Of a stretch of DNA of 64,000 nucleotides, positions 28,837-38,337 are shown one piece after another. How positions within the stretch are numbered: the first letter of the stretch is position 1; each line of letters opens with the position of its first letter. The DNA is from an uncultured Chloroflexia bacterium (GTDB lineage Bacteria > Chloroflexota > Limnocylindria > Limnocylindrales > CSP1-4). The notes beneath the pieces were generated by a model. It was not told where the DNA came from. It saw only the letters and a list, made by a program, of their open reading frames with translations, and did not search any database. Location: positions 1-64,000 of the forward strand of contig CAVVCZ010000004.1 of assembly GCA_963746845.1 (NCBI GenBank), written 5' to 3'. Both the position numbers and the translations under genes were made by a program.

Positions 28837-29112
28837 ATGCCACCGGCGGCACGGGTCGGCGACCAGACCGTTCACGGCGGGGCGGTCGTGGGTCCGGGCG
28901 TCTCGACGGTCCTCATCGGCGGGATGCCCGCCGGGGTCCTCGGCGACATGCACGCCTGCGCGATCCCGCCGCCGAGCCACATCCCCTCGTCGCCGTTCAC
29001 GATGGGGAGCGCGACGGTCATGGTCGGCGGACGACCGGCGCTGCGGGTCGGCGACCCGGCCGGCTGCGGCGCGTCGGTCGCGGTCGGCGCGCCGACGGTG
29101 ATGATCGGATGA
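28837..29112 (+). CDS. PAAR spike-tip protein
   Basis: MPPAARVGD, GRPALRVGD, TVMIG. Confidence 0.95.
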   Translation: MPPAARVGDQTVHGGAVVGPGVSTVLIGGMPAGVLGDMHACAIPPPSHIPSSPFTMGSATVMVGGRPALRVGDPAGCGASVAVGAPTVMIG

Positions 29113-29519
29113 AGGCGCCCGAGTTCCCGCACGTCGGGGTCGGCTGGGCGTTCCCGGTCCGCTGGGATCGCTCCGGCGCCGTGGCGCTGGCCCAGGACGA
29201 GGAGGAGATCCGGCAGGCGATCCGGATCATCCTCCGGACGAACCTGGGCTCGCGGGTCATGCGCCCGACCTACGGAGCGGGCGTCGACCGGTACGTGTTC
29301 GCCCCGCGCACGGATCCGGTCTGCTTCCGGCTCGCGTTCGACGTCCGGCGGGCGCTGCTCCTGCACGAGCCGCGGATCATCGTCGACAGCGTGGAGGCCG
29401 TGCCCGCGGGCGAGGCCGACGATCGGATCGACGTTTCGATCGAGTTCCGGATCGACGTCCATCGCCGACCGAGCAGCCTCGTCGTCCCGTTCTACCTCCA
29501 GGCCGAGGCCGGCTCGTGA
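29109..29519 (+). CDS. gp25/GPW-like baseplate protein (Afp9)
   Basis: GWAFP, IRIILRTNLGSRVMRPTYG, EPRI, VPFY. Confidence 0.93.
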   Translation: MKAPEFPHVGVGWAFPVRWDRSGAVALAQDEEEIRQAIRIILRTNLGSRVMRPTYGAGVDRYVFAPRTDPVCFRLAFDVRRALLLHEPRIIVDSVEAVPAGEADDRIDVSIEFRIDVHRRPSSLVVPFYLQAEAGS

Positions 29520-32281
29520 CGGCGCCCCGCTACCCCCTGGACGACCGGACCGTCGACGGGGTCCTCGCGGCGGTCCGCGCGATCGCCGCCCGCCAGGTCG
29601 TGCCGTCGCTTCCGCCACCCGGGTCCGGCGAGCCGGCCGAGCCCACCTGGGCGGACCTGCTGTTCGCGGGAGACCGGCTCGCGACGGGCGAGCCGTCCGC
29701 GGCACTCCTCGACGCGCTCGTCCGGGTCTACCCCCGGCTGCTCGAGCACCTGAACACCCTGCCGGACCGGGCGCTCGTCGACTGGCTCGAGCGGCGGCTC
29801 GGCATCCCGCGGCTCCCGGTCGTGCCCGATCACGCCGTCGTCGTCCCGACGCCCGATCCGAAGAAGCTCCCGGTCGTCGTCCGCGCGGGGACCGCTCTTC
29901 GCGGCGGCAAGGATGCCGCGGGCAACGAGCGGCGCTACGTGACGCAGGAGACCCTGTCGGTGCTCGGCGCGGAGCTCGTCGACGTCCGCTCGTACCGGAC
30001 CGCTCCGGATCCGGAGGGCGAGTCGTGCGCGGCCTGGGCCGACCGCGACACCCCGTTCGAGCCGTTCCCGCCCGGCGCGATCGTCCCGCACCTCCTCGAC
30101 ATCGTCACACCGGTCATCGCGTTCGACGGCGGCAGCCTCTCGGTCCGCCTCCGGTTCCAGAACGCCTCGCGGGCGATCCCGAAGAACCTCGTCTGGGAGC
30201 ACACGACCGCGGACGGGCTCCGGTCGGCGACCGTGACCGCCCAGACCGGCGAGGTCGTCGATCTCCAGCTCGACGGCTCGTGCGCCGCCCTGACCGGGGA
30301 CCCGGACGGCCTGCCGTTCGTCCGGGTCTCGCTGCCACCCCCGCCGCACGCTCCCAGCGCGTTCGACCTGCGGTTCGACACCGTGACCGCCGAGGTCGTC
30401 GTCCGATCCGGCGTCAAGCCCGACGCGGGCTTCTACAACGACGGCGTCGTCGACATCACGAAGGAGTTCCAGCCGTTCGGACCGGTCGCGAAGCGCGGCG
30501 ACAGCTTCTACATCCGGAGCGACGAGGCCTTCGGCAAGCCGCTGTCGTCCCTGTCCGTGCACCTCGACCTGCTCGGCGACAACCAGATGTACCCGGTCGC
30601 CTGGGGCGGCGGCATCCCCCAGTACCTCGTGATGGCCTACAAGGAGGCGTACGGCGAAGCGACCCAGACCGGAAAGGACAAGTTCACCGCGTACTTCATC
30701 GGGGGGACGAAGGACACCGGCGACGCCCGGGTCGCCTGGCAGCGCTACGTCGGCTCGGCGTGGTCGGAGTTCTCCCACACCGACGATGCGCTGAAGACGA
30801 TCGACGCCACCGGCCTCAGCCCGGTCCACGATGTGCACTCGGAGCCGTTCGAGGTCGCCGGCGTGCGGGGCCGGATGATCCGGGCGTTCCTGGACCGCGG
30901 TGACTTCGGCTGGGTGGCGTACCAGGACCGGATCGCGAACTTCGCGGCGGAGGCGGCGAAGAAGACCGGGACGCCGAGCGCGTCCGACCTGAAGGCCCCC
31001 GACCCACCGATCGTGTCGACGATCACGCTGGCCTACACGACCCAACCGGTGCGCGCGACGAGGCTCCGCTCGCGGAACGGCTGGTCCAGTCGCGACCTGG
31101 CCGCCGGCGACCTGCTGTTCTCCCTCCCGCTCATCCGTTCGGCCGAGACCGACGCCGCCGGCGAGCTCGCGTTCGGGCTGGGACTGCCGGCCTCCGCCCT
31201 CGGCGTGACCGTCTCGCTGTACATCGACATCGAGCCCGCGGCCGCGTGCACGACCAGCGACGCGGTGCCGCTCGTCGCCTGGGAATCCTGGTCGGCGACG
31301 GACCGCTGGCTCCCGCTGGACGGCGTGGACGGCACAGCGGGCCTGCGCCAGGCTGGGCTCCTGCGGTTCGTCGCCCCGATGGACTGGCCGGATGGGTCTT
31401 CGGACGTGTCCGCGACGACCGGACGGTGGATCCGGGCACGGACGAACCTGCCCGACCGGCTCGGGACGATCCGGGCGGTCGTGCCGGACGCCGTCACGGC
31501 CGTCTACGAGTCACAGCTGCCCGAGCCCGCCCGTGACCCCACCCCGGACCAGGCACTGAAGGCGAAGGAGCTGAAGGGCCTCACCGTCCCGATCGACGGG
31601 ATCAAGAAGTTCACGAACCCCCTGCCGGGAACGGCCGGGCGTGGCCCCGAGCCGGACGAGCGGTATGTCGCCCGGGCGGCGAGCTGGACCCGGCACCGGA
31701 ACCGGGCGATCCAGGCGTGGGACTACGAGGCGATCGTGACGGCGGAGTTCCCGGAGGTCGCGACGGTCCGCTGCCTGCCCCACACCGGCGTCGACGACGA
31801 GATCCGGCCCGGGTCCGTCGGCCTCGTCATCGTCCCGTGGTCCCACGAGCCGAAGCCGTACCCGAGCGTGACGCTCGCGGAGCGCATCGTCGAGTCGCTC
31901 CGTGGCCGGCTGCCCGTGCACGCCCGCCCGATCGTCCTGTGCCCGATCTATGTCGACGTCTCCGTGGACGCGCACGCGGTCCTCCGGCCCGGGGTCAGCG
32001 CGTCCGACGCGAAGCGCTCGCTCCGGGCGGCGATCGACGACTACCTGCACCCGGCCGAGAACGCCCCGTTCGGTCGCGAGCTGTTCGCCTCGACGATCGT
32101 CCGGTTCCTCGAGTCGCGGCCGGAGATCGACCACGTCACCGACTTCGCGCTGATCGCGGATCCGTGCCCGCCGGGCGTTCCGTCCGACCCCTGCCGGGTG
32201 GAGCGCGTCACGGTTGATCCGTGCCGCGGGCTGGTCGCCTCGAGCGGCAGCCACGCGCTGGAGCTGGAGGAGCAGCTGTGA
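29516..32281 (+). CDS. Baseplate J-like wedge protein (Afp11)
   Basis: FQPFG, DGTAGLRQAG, RHRNRAIQAWDYE, VRCLPH. Confidence 0.9.
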   Translation: MTAPRYPLDDRTVDGVLAAVRAIAARQVVPSLPPPGSGEPAEPTWADLLFAGDRLATGEPSAALLDALVRVYPRLLEHLNTLPDRALVDWLERRLGIPRLPVVPDHAVVVPTPDPKKLPVVVRAGTALRGGKDAAGNERRYVTQETLSVLGAELVDVRSYRTAPDPEGESCAAWADRDTPFEPFPPGAIVPHLLDIVTPVIAFDGGSLSVRLRFQNASRAIPKNLVWEHTTADGLRSATVTAQTGEVVDLQLDGSCAALTGDPDGLPFVRVSLPPPPHAPSAFDLRFDTVTAEVVVRSGVKPDAGFYNDGVVDITKEFQPFGPVAKRGDSFYIRSDEAFGKPLSSLSVHLDLLGDNQMYPVAWGGGIPQYLVMAYKEAYGEATQTGKDKFTAYFIGGTKDTGDARVAWQRYVGSAWSEFSHTDDALKTIDATGLSPVHDVHSEPFEVAGVRGRMIRAFLDRGDFGWVAYQDRIANFAAEAAKKTGTPSASDLKAPDPPIVSTITLAYTTQPVRATRLRSRNGWSSRDLAAGDLLFSLPLIRSAETDAAGELAFGLGLPASALGVTVSLYIDIEPAAACTTSDAVPLVAWESWSATDRWLPLDGVDGTAGLRQAGLLRFVAPMDWPDGSSDVSATTGRWIRARTNLPDRLGTIRAVVPDAVTAVYESQLPEPARDPTPDQALKAKELKGLTVPIDGIKKFTNPLPGTAGRGPEPDERYVARAASWTRHRNRAIQAWDYEAIVTAEFPEVATVRCLPHTGVDDEIRPGSVGLVIVPWSHEPKPYPSVTLAERIVESLRGRLPVHARPIVLCPIYVDVSVDAHAVLRPGVSASDAKRSLRAAIDDYLHPAENAPFGRELFASTIVRFLESRPEIDHVTDFALIADPCPPGVPSDPCRVERVTVDPCRGLVASSGSHALELEEQL

Positions 32282-33963
32282 GCCCGGCCGTTCCGCCCCC
32301 GGTCGCCCTCGCCCCGCTGACCGCGCCGGACCGCGACTTCGAGACGATCCGGGCGGAGGCGATCGAGGTGATCGTCGCCGACGCCGGCCCGACGTGGACC
32401 GACCACAACCTGAGCGACCCGGGGATCACCCTGCTCGAGCTCCTCGCCTACGGGATCGCCGACCTCCACTACCGCACCTCCGCCCACGACTTCACGCTCG
32501 CCCCGCTCGAGCTGCCGCTGTGGGTGCCACGCGCGGAGCGCGACTGGTACGGCCTGCCGCCGCTGGACGATCCCGGGGCCGTCGCGACGCTCGCCGGCGT
32601 GATGGCCACGCCGGTCTCGACCGGTGGGTTGGACGGGGATCGGATGGCGAAGGCGATCGCCGGTGCCGACTCGCGGCGCGCGGCGATCGGGGCCCTGCTC
32701 GACCAGACGTTCGGCGATCCGGTGCGGACGCTGTCCTGGGCCGAAGCCGCGACCGTCGTGGCCCTCCTCCGTGCGCCGATCGTGCGCCGCGCGGTGCTGG
32801 ATCACTCGGACGCGGTCGCCGACGCGTACGACGAGGCGCGCCGGACGATCGACCGGCGGACGATCGGCCCGACGATCGACGAGGACGCGGTCGACCGGGA
32901 GACGATCCGGCTCCTCGGGTTCGTGCCGGCGCTCTCGGGCCTGTGGGACGACGAGGTGCTCTCGCTGATCCGCCGCCATCGTCACGAGCTGTTCGTGGAC
33001 CGGGCCGCCGCCCTCCTCCCGTCGATGCCCGGCACGATCGCCGACGTCGAGACCGCGCTCGGGGTCGGCACGGACCTGGCCCGGGCCGCGCTCGCCCTCC
33101 ACCCGTGCCCGCCGTCCGAGACCCCCGAGACCTGGGAGGCGGACGACGGGACGACGACGACGTGGCCGCCGCATCCGCTCCAGGCCCGGACGACCGAGCC
33201 GGTGACGGACGAGGACTACGCGACCCGCGCCCGCACGAACGCGACCGTGCACCGGGCCTGGACCGTGCCCCACATCCTGCCCGGCCTGGGCTGGGATGGC
33301 ACCGAGCGGACGACCGCCGAGGACCGGCCCGGCGCGGTCACGATCCTCGTGGAGCCCGTTCAGGCTCCACTGCCCGCCGACCGATTGACATTCCTGCGGT
33401 CGGTGCTGGTCACGATCACCGCCGGACCCGGCGAGACGGCCGAGGTCGACGACCCGTACGACCCCCTCTCGAAGCCGGACCTCCAGGTCCCGCGCCGGCT
33501 CCTGGGCGACGAGCTCGGCGTGGCCCTGCTCCAGGAGTGCCCGGTGACGCTCAACGGCGTGCTGCACGTCGCCCTCGGCGTGCCACGGACGCGGGTGATC
33601 GACGCGGCCACGGCCCGGGTCGCGGCGTTCTTCGCGGCCGGCCGCCCGGAGTCCGCGGTCGCCGTGGCCGGCGCCCTCGCGTGCCCGGGCGGGATCGAGG
33701 GCCCGTGGCCGCCCGCGCCGCAGCCGGCGGGCGGGTGGCGGCCGGGCGAGGCGATCCGGATGACCGAGCTGATCCAGGTCCTGGCGGACGACCCGGAGGT
33801 CATCGGGATCGAGGGGGTCGAGGTCCAGATCGGTGGGACCTGGTATTCGGCCTCCGCCGGGGCGACGGAGGTCCCGCTCGATCCGGAATGCATCCCGGTC
33901 ATGGCGAAGACGCAGTGCCTCCAGGTCCGGCTGGAGCTCGGCGCGGATTGCAACCGTGGCTAG
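32278..33963 (+). CDS. Second baseplate wedge protein (Afp12-like N-terminus)
   Basis: WTDHNLSDPGITLLELLAY, PVTDEDY, RRLLGDE; GTGA overlap. Confidence 0.85.
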   Translation: MSPAVPPPVALAPLTAPDRDFETIRAEAIEVIVADAGPTWTDHNLSDPGITLLELLAYGIADLHYRTSAHDFTLAPLELPLWVPRAERDWYGLPPLDDPGAVATLAGVMATPVSTGGLDGDRMAKAIAGADSRRAAIGALLDQTFGDPVRTLSWAEAATVVALLRAPIVRRAVLDHSDAVADAYDEARRTIDRRTIGPTIDEDAVDRETIRLLGFVPALSGLWDDEVLSLIRRHRHELFVDRAAALLPSMPGTIADVETALGVGTDLARAALALHPCPPSETPETWEADDGTTTTWPPHPLQARTTEPVTDEDYATRARTNATVHRAWTVPHILPGLGWDGTERTTAEDRPGAVTILVEPVQAPLPADRLTFLRSVLVTITAGPGETAEVDDPYDPLSKPDLQVPRRLLGDELGVALLQECPVTLNGVLHVALGVPRTRVIDAATARVAAFFAAGRPESAVAVAGALACPGGIEGPWPPAPQPAGGWRPGEAIRMTELIQVLADDPEVIGIEGVEVQIGGTWYSASAGATEVPLDPECIPVMAKTQCLQVRLELGADCNRG

Positions 33964-34783
33964 TCAGTCGCCGGTCTACACGCCCCTGGCGGCCCAGCTC
34001 CCGGCCGTCTATGCGGAGGACTCCGACTCCTGGGCCCAGCTCGAGTCGTACCTCGGCCTGGCGGACGACCTCAACCGGGCCTACGCCGAGCGGCTGGCCG
34101 AGCTCGCGACCTGGCTCAGCCCGGAGGCGACGTCGCTCTGGCCCGGTGACCGGGCCGTCGGGATGACGGAGGACGCGGTCCTCGCCCGCTACCAGGCCGT
34201 CTTCGACGAGCTGGCCCGCTGGTTCGCCTTCCGGTTCCCGCCGTCGTGGGGCGTCGACGCGGCGTCGTTGCGGCAGCGCCAGACGTTCCTCGCCCGGGCC
34301 GCGCGCCTGTGGCGCCGGCGCGGGACACCGCGCGGGTTCGTCGACTGGTTCGCCTTCTGGTTCCGGACCGAGCCCGCCGATCGCCCGATCCTCGTCGAGC
34401 ACTACAAGTTCGGGCAGCCAACCGGGTCGTCGGGCGAGGTCGGCCCCGAGCCCTGGCTGCGCGCGACGCTCTTCGTCCCCTCGACCGAGCCGTTCTCCGA
34501 CTTCAACCGGCGACGCGAGGCGATCTGGTTCGCCGAGCAGTTTGCGCCGGCCCACGTCCACGTCCGGGTCTGCTGGGTGAAGCCCGGCTGGAGCCTGGAC
34601 CCGGTGCCGGGACCCGGCGCCACCCCCTCCGACATCGCCGCCTACCGGAAGCGGGTCAACGGCGTGCTCTGCTCGCTCGTGAGCTTCGTCGACCACGCGA
34701 ACGGCATCCACATCTGGGAGTGCGTCGACGAGGGGCGACCGGTCGACCGACTGAACGTCGGCCAGCTGCCCGGCGGCGGCTGA
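33956..34783 (+). CDS. Baseplate/tail protein I-like (Tail_P2_I)
   Basis: QLPAVY, LATWL, LWRRRGTPRG, PAHV. Confidence 0.8.
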   Translation: MASQSPVYTPLAAQLPAVYAEDSDSWAQLESYLGLADDLNRAYAERLAELATWLSPEATSLWPGDRAVGMTEDAVLARYQAVFDELARWFAFRFPPSWGVDAASLRQRQTFLARAARLWRRRGTPRGFVDWFAFWFRTEPADRPILVEHYKFGQPTGSSGEVGPEPWLRATLFVPSTEPFSDFNRRREAIWFAEQFAPAHVHVRVCWVKPGWSLDPVPGPGATPSDIAAYRKRVNGVLCSLVSFVDHANGIHIWECVDEGRPVDRLNVGQLPGGG

Positions 34784-34812
34784 GCCCGCGGAGCGAAGGA
34801 AAGGATCGAGCC

Positions 34813-37050
34813 ATGGCGCTCACGCAGTACCCGGTCTTCGTCAAGGGCCAGACCCTGACCGACGACGACCTGAACGAGCTCCGCGACCATCTCGAGCTCG
34901 CGGACCGGACCCTCGGCCGCCTGATCGGATTCGGGATCAACTGCGGGCTGGGCGGGTCGATCGCGAACAAGCAGCTGACGATCGCTCCGGGTCTCGCGAT
35001 CGACCAGCTCGGCGAGGCCATCGTCCTCGACGTCGCGCCGGGCCCGTTCGGTCTGCCGGCGACGGCTCCGGCGACGACCCCGCCGGACTTCCTCGATCCG
35101 GTGCCGGGCGGGTTCACGCCGGTCCTGACCCTGACCACGACCGACGTCCCGGCCGTCAAGTGCAACGAGGCGGGGTGCGAGGGCCACGCCCAGCAGCGCG
35201 AGCAGACCGCGACGATCACCCTCTACCCGGGCCGGCTGAGCGACAAGGTGGTCGACTTCGGGGACGAGCCGCTGCTCAAGCTCGATCCGGTGCTGGTCCG
35301 GACGTCCGGCTCGATCGACGGAGCGTTCGTCGCCCTGCGCAAGGCGATCCTCGACCGGATGGGCTCGCGCCTGTCGGCCGACGCTGCCGCGAAGCTCGCG
35401 ACGATCGCGATCGACGGCGATCTGCCGGCGATCCAGGGGTTCAAGGCCGGGTTCCTCAACCAGGTCTTCTTCGCCGCCCTCGACCTCCTCCGGTGCGAGC
35501 GGCTCACCGCGGCCGGCTGCGTGTCCGGGGACGGAAGCGTCGGCGTCGCCCTCGGCTGGGCCCACGACGTCCAGGGCGACTGGGCGTGGGACTGCGAGTT
35601 CCGCCACGACTGGCAGGTCCCGACGGGGATCTCGCTCGCCCTGATCGGCGGCCGGTGTGCCGATCCGTGCGACCTGTACCGCGACCAGCTCAACGCGATG
35701 ATCCTCGCGTTCGCGGTGCCGGTCGTGCCGCCGAAGGACGCGCCGCCCAAGGATGGTGGCGGCGACTTCTCGATCTGCCTGGATCGCGGACGCGGTCCGT
35801 ACTACTCGTACATCAGCAAGTACGACTGCCCGTGGGTCTACGTCCCGCCCCAGAAGATCCCGCCGGACTGGCGCGAGAAGTGGGTCAAGCCGAAGTACCC
35901 GCCGGGCCCGATCTACGAGGACCGGCCGATCTACGACATCTACGAGATCGAGAAGCCGGACATCACCGAGGCCGGGATCATCGGGCTCGAGGACGCCGTG
36001 GGCCGCAAGGCCGAGAACGTCGTCGAGAACCTCGGCCAGGTCTTGAAGGACAAGGGCAACACCTCCGAGATCCAGGTCGTGACGCAGAACCAGGTCGAGA
36101 AGGTCGACGGCTACCGGCCCGGGCTGATCATCTCCGCCGCGGACACCGTGGTCCTGACCCAGGACGCCCTCGGCAAGGTCGTCGGGGTCGGCTCGATCCC
36201 GGCCACGACCGCGATCCGGAGCGTGGCCGTCGAGATGCCGAAGGCCACCGCGGCCGCGGGCCGCGCGGAGGTCACCGCGAAGAGCGCTCTCGACGCGACC
36301 GGGGCCCTCGGCACGAGCCTCGCCGCGGTCAACCAGCAGGTCACCGCGTTCGGCACGTTCCAGGCCTCGATCCTGAGCTGGCAGTCCGCGACGGACGTCC
36401 GGCTCGGTGGGCTGTCGAACGAGATCCAGACGAAGGCCCTCGCGGCGGTCAACGACCTCCAGGTCCGGGTGGGCGGCCAGGTCGAGGAGCGGGTCGGAGT
36501 TGCCGTGGAGACGTTCCGGGCCGGCCTGCTCGACCAGGTCCGGGCGGAGATCGCGACCGCCGGCGGGGCGATCCGTGCCGACGCCGGTCACGACCTCCAG
36601 ATCGCGACCGATGCCCTCCGCAAGGAAGCCAAGGAGGACCAGGCCGGGCTCGTGGCGCAGGTCGGCGGCCTGAACCAGCAGGTCGCCGGGCTGTCCGGCC
36701 AGGTCCAGGTCATCGGCCGGGTCGCGACGCCGGGTGACGTCGTGGCTCCGCGGCGGGCGTTCGATGCGGACGTGGTCGGGGTGCTGGACCAGATGCGCAC
36801 ATCGATCCAGGCCGCGGCCACGCCGGCCCAGGCGGACAAGGTCAAGGCGGCCCTGGCCGAGAGCGACGACGCCTTCAGCCGAATGCAGGTCTCGGCGGCC
36901 GCGGGCACGGTCGACCTCGCGGCCGATCCGGTGGCCCTCCACACGGTGCTCACCTCGATGACGACGGCGGTCGAGGCGGCCGGCGCCCCGGCGGCGGACG
37001 TCACGAAGATCCGGACCGGGTTGTCCGCGATCAACCAGCGCATCGGCTGA
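34813..37050 (+). CDS. Tail fibre-like protein (Afp13-type N-terminus) with long C-terminal coiled coil
   Basis: YPVF..GQTLT..DLN...GFGINCGL...PGLAID..G baseplate-anchor motif. Confidence 0.75.
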   Translation: MALTQYPVFVKGQTLTDDDLNELRDHLELADRTLGRLIGFGINCGLGGSIANKQLTIAPGLAIDQLGEAIVLDVAPGPFGLPATAPATTPPDFLDPVPGGFTPVLTLTTTDVPAVKCNEAGCEGHAQQREQTATITLYPGRLSDKVVDFGDEPLLKLDPVLVRTSGSIDGAFVALRKAILDRMGSRLSADAAAKLATIAIDGDLPAIQGFKAGFLNQVFFAALDLLRCERLTAAGCVSGDGSVGVALGWAHDVQGDWAWDCEFRHDWQVPTGISLALIGGRCADPCDLYRDQLNAMILAFAVPVVPPKDAPPKDGGGDFSICLDRGRGPYYSYISKYDCPWVYVPPQKIPPDWREKWVKPKYPPGPIYEDRPIYDIYEIEKPDITEAGIIGLEDAVGRKAENVVENLGQVLKDKGNTSEIQVVTQNQVEKVDGYRPGLIISAADTVVLTQDALGKVVGVGSIPATTAIRSVAVEMPKATAAAGRAEVTAKSALDATGALGTSLAAVNQQVTAFGTFQASILSWQSATDVRLGGLSNEIQTKALAAVNDLQVRVGGQVEERVGVAVETFRAGLLDQVRAEIATAGGAIRADAGHDLQIATDALRKEAKEDQAGLVAQVGGLNQQVAGLSGQVQVIGRVATPGDVVAPRRAFDADVVGVLDQMRTSIQAAATPAQADKVKAALAESDDAFSRMQVSAAAGTVDLAADPVALHTVLTSMTTAVEAAGAPAADVTKIRTGLSAINQRIG

Positions 37051-37068
37051 CCAGGGCGGACCCGTGAC

Positions 37069-38337
37069 GTGGACACGATCGAGCGGCTGCGGATCGTCTG
37101 CCTGGCCGGCCCGGGCCGGTCGGCCGAGGCGCTCGCCGTCCGACGCCGGCTCGAAACGGTGGCTCGTGGCCGGCTGCCAGCTGCGCTGGACCGACAGCTG
37201 GGTGCGAGTCCGTCGATCGAGCTGGATCGCGTGACCGTTCGCCTGGATGTCGACCCGCTCGCCCTCGACGACGAGACGCTCGCGACGCTGTGGGCCGGTC
37301 GGATCCGTGACGGGATCCTCGCGGCGAGCCGGCACGAAGGGGCGCCGGCCCGGCGGGACGCCCCCTCCTGGTCGGTCCTCGACGGTCGGGACGTTGACCG
37401 CGAGCCCATCGCACCGGACGGTCCGCTCGTGCCGACGGCCCGGCGCGTCATCGCGGGGGATCGGATCGCCGCGCTGGCGATCGCCCGGGCGGTCGAGCGG
37501 GGTCCGGAGACGGTGGCGGCCGAGCTGGCCGGCGGCCTCGCGCCGGGGGAGCGGCGGGCCCTGGTGGCGCGCCTCGTGGCCGAGGCATCCCGGCTGCAGT
37601 CGCGCCGGCGCGACCCGAGCGGTGACGGACCGGGTCGGGCGGGCCGGCCTCCGCGCGAGCGGGCCGTCGCTGGAGCCACCGTGGTCCGGGCCGGCCGATC
37701 GTGGCCGGCCGTCCTGGATCGCGCGTCCCGCCGCCTCGCCGCCGCGGATCGCGCCGCCGCACGGGCCGCGCGACCCGCGGACGGCGCGCGGGGTCTTCGG
37801 TCGGGCGTCGTCCGATCCGCTCGGCCCAGACCCACAGCGGAGCCCGGCCTCCGCACGACGGTCGCGGGGATTGCCCTGCTGTGGCCCTGGCTGGCCTCGA
37901 CCCTTCCCGCCGCGGTCGCCCGGCTCCCCGACCAGCGGCCGGCCGATGCCCGGCGTCTGGCGCTGGCCGCTCTCGTCCAGGACGAGCCGGCCGCCGTCGA
38001 CGACCCGCTCGTCCTCCTGCTGGCCGGTGACGACCCGACGGCGGACCCGTCGGTGATCGTCGTGACGCCCGGCGAGCTCGCCGCCGCCGCCGAGGACGTC
38101 GTTGCGACGCTCGATGGGTTCGCCGAGGCGCTCCCCGGGTTCGCCGGCTCGTCGCCGGACTTCCTCCGCCGCGAGTTCCTCGTCCGGCCGGGCAGGCTCG
38201 GGCGGATCGGCGACGAGGTCACGATCGACCTGGCGCCGCTCCCCCTGGATCCGGCAGCCGCCCGACTGCCGTATCCGATCGCCGCGTTCCGCCTGCCGTG
38301 GACGCCGCCGATCCGGGCGCGGCTCGAGACGCGCTGA
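37069..38337 (+). CDS. CIS tape-measure protein (Afp14-like), short
   Basis: AGIALLWPWL, FLRREFLVRPGRL and LPYPIAAFRLPW C-terminal motifs. Confidence 0.8.
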   Translation: MDTIERLRIVCLAGPGRSAEALAVRRRLETVARGRLPAALDRQLGASPSIELDRVTVRLDVDPLALDDETLATLWAGRIRDGILAASRHEGAPARRDAPSWSVLDGRDVDREPIAPDGPLVPTARRVIAGDRIAALAIARAVERGPETVAAELAGGLAPGERRALVARLVAEASRLQSRRRDPSGDGPGRAGRPPRERAVAGATVVRAGRSWPAVLDRASRRLAAADRAAARAARPADGARGLRSGVVRSARPRPTAEPGLRTTVAGIALLWPWLASTLPAAVARLPDQRPADARRLALAALVQDEPAAVDDPLVLLLAGDDPTADPSVIVVTPGELAAAAEDVVATLDGFAEALPGFAGSSPDFLRREFLVRPGRLGRIGDEVTIDLAPLPLDPAAARLPYPIAAFRLPWTPPIRARLETR

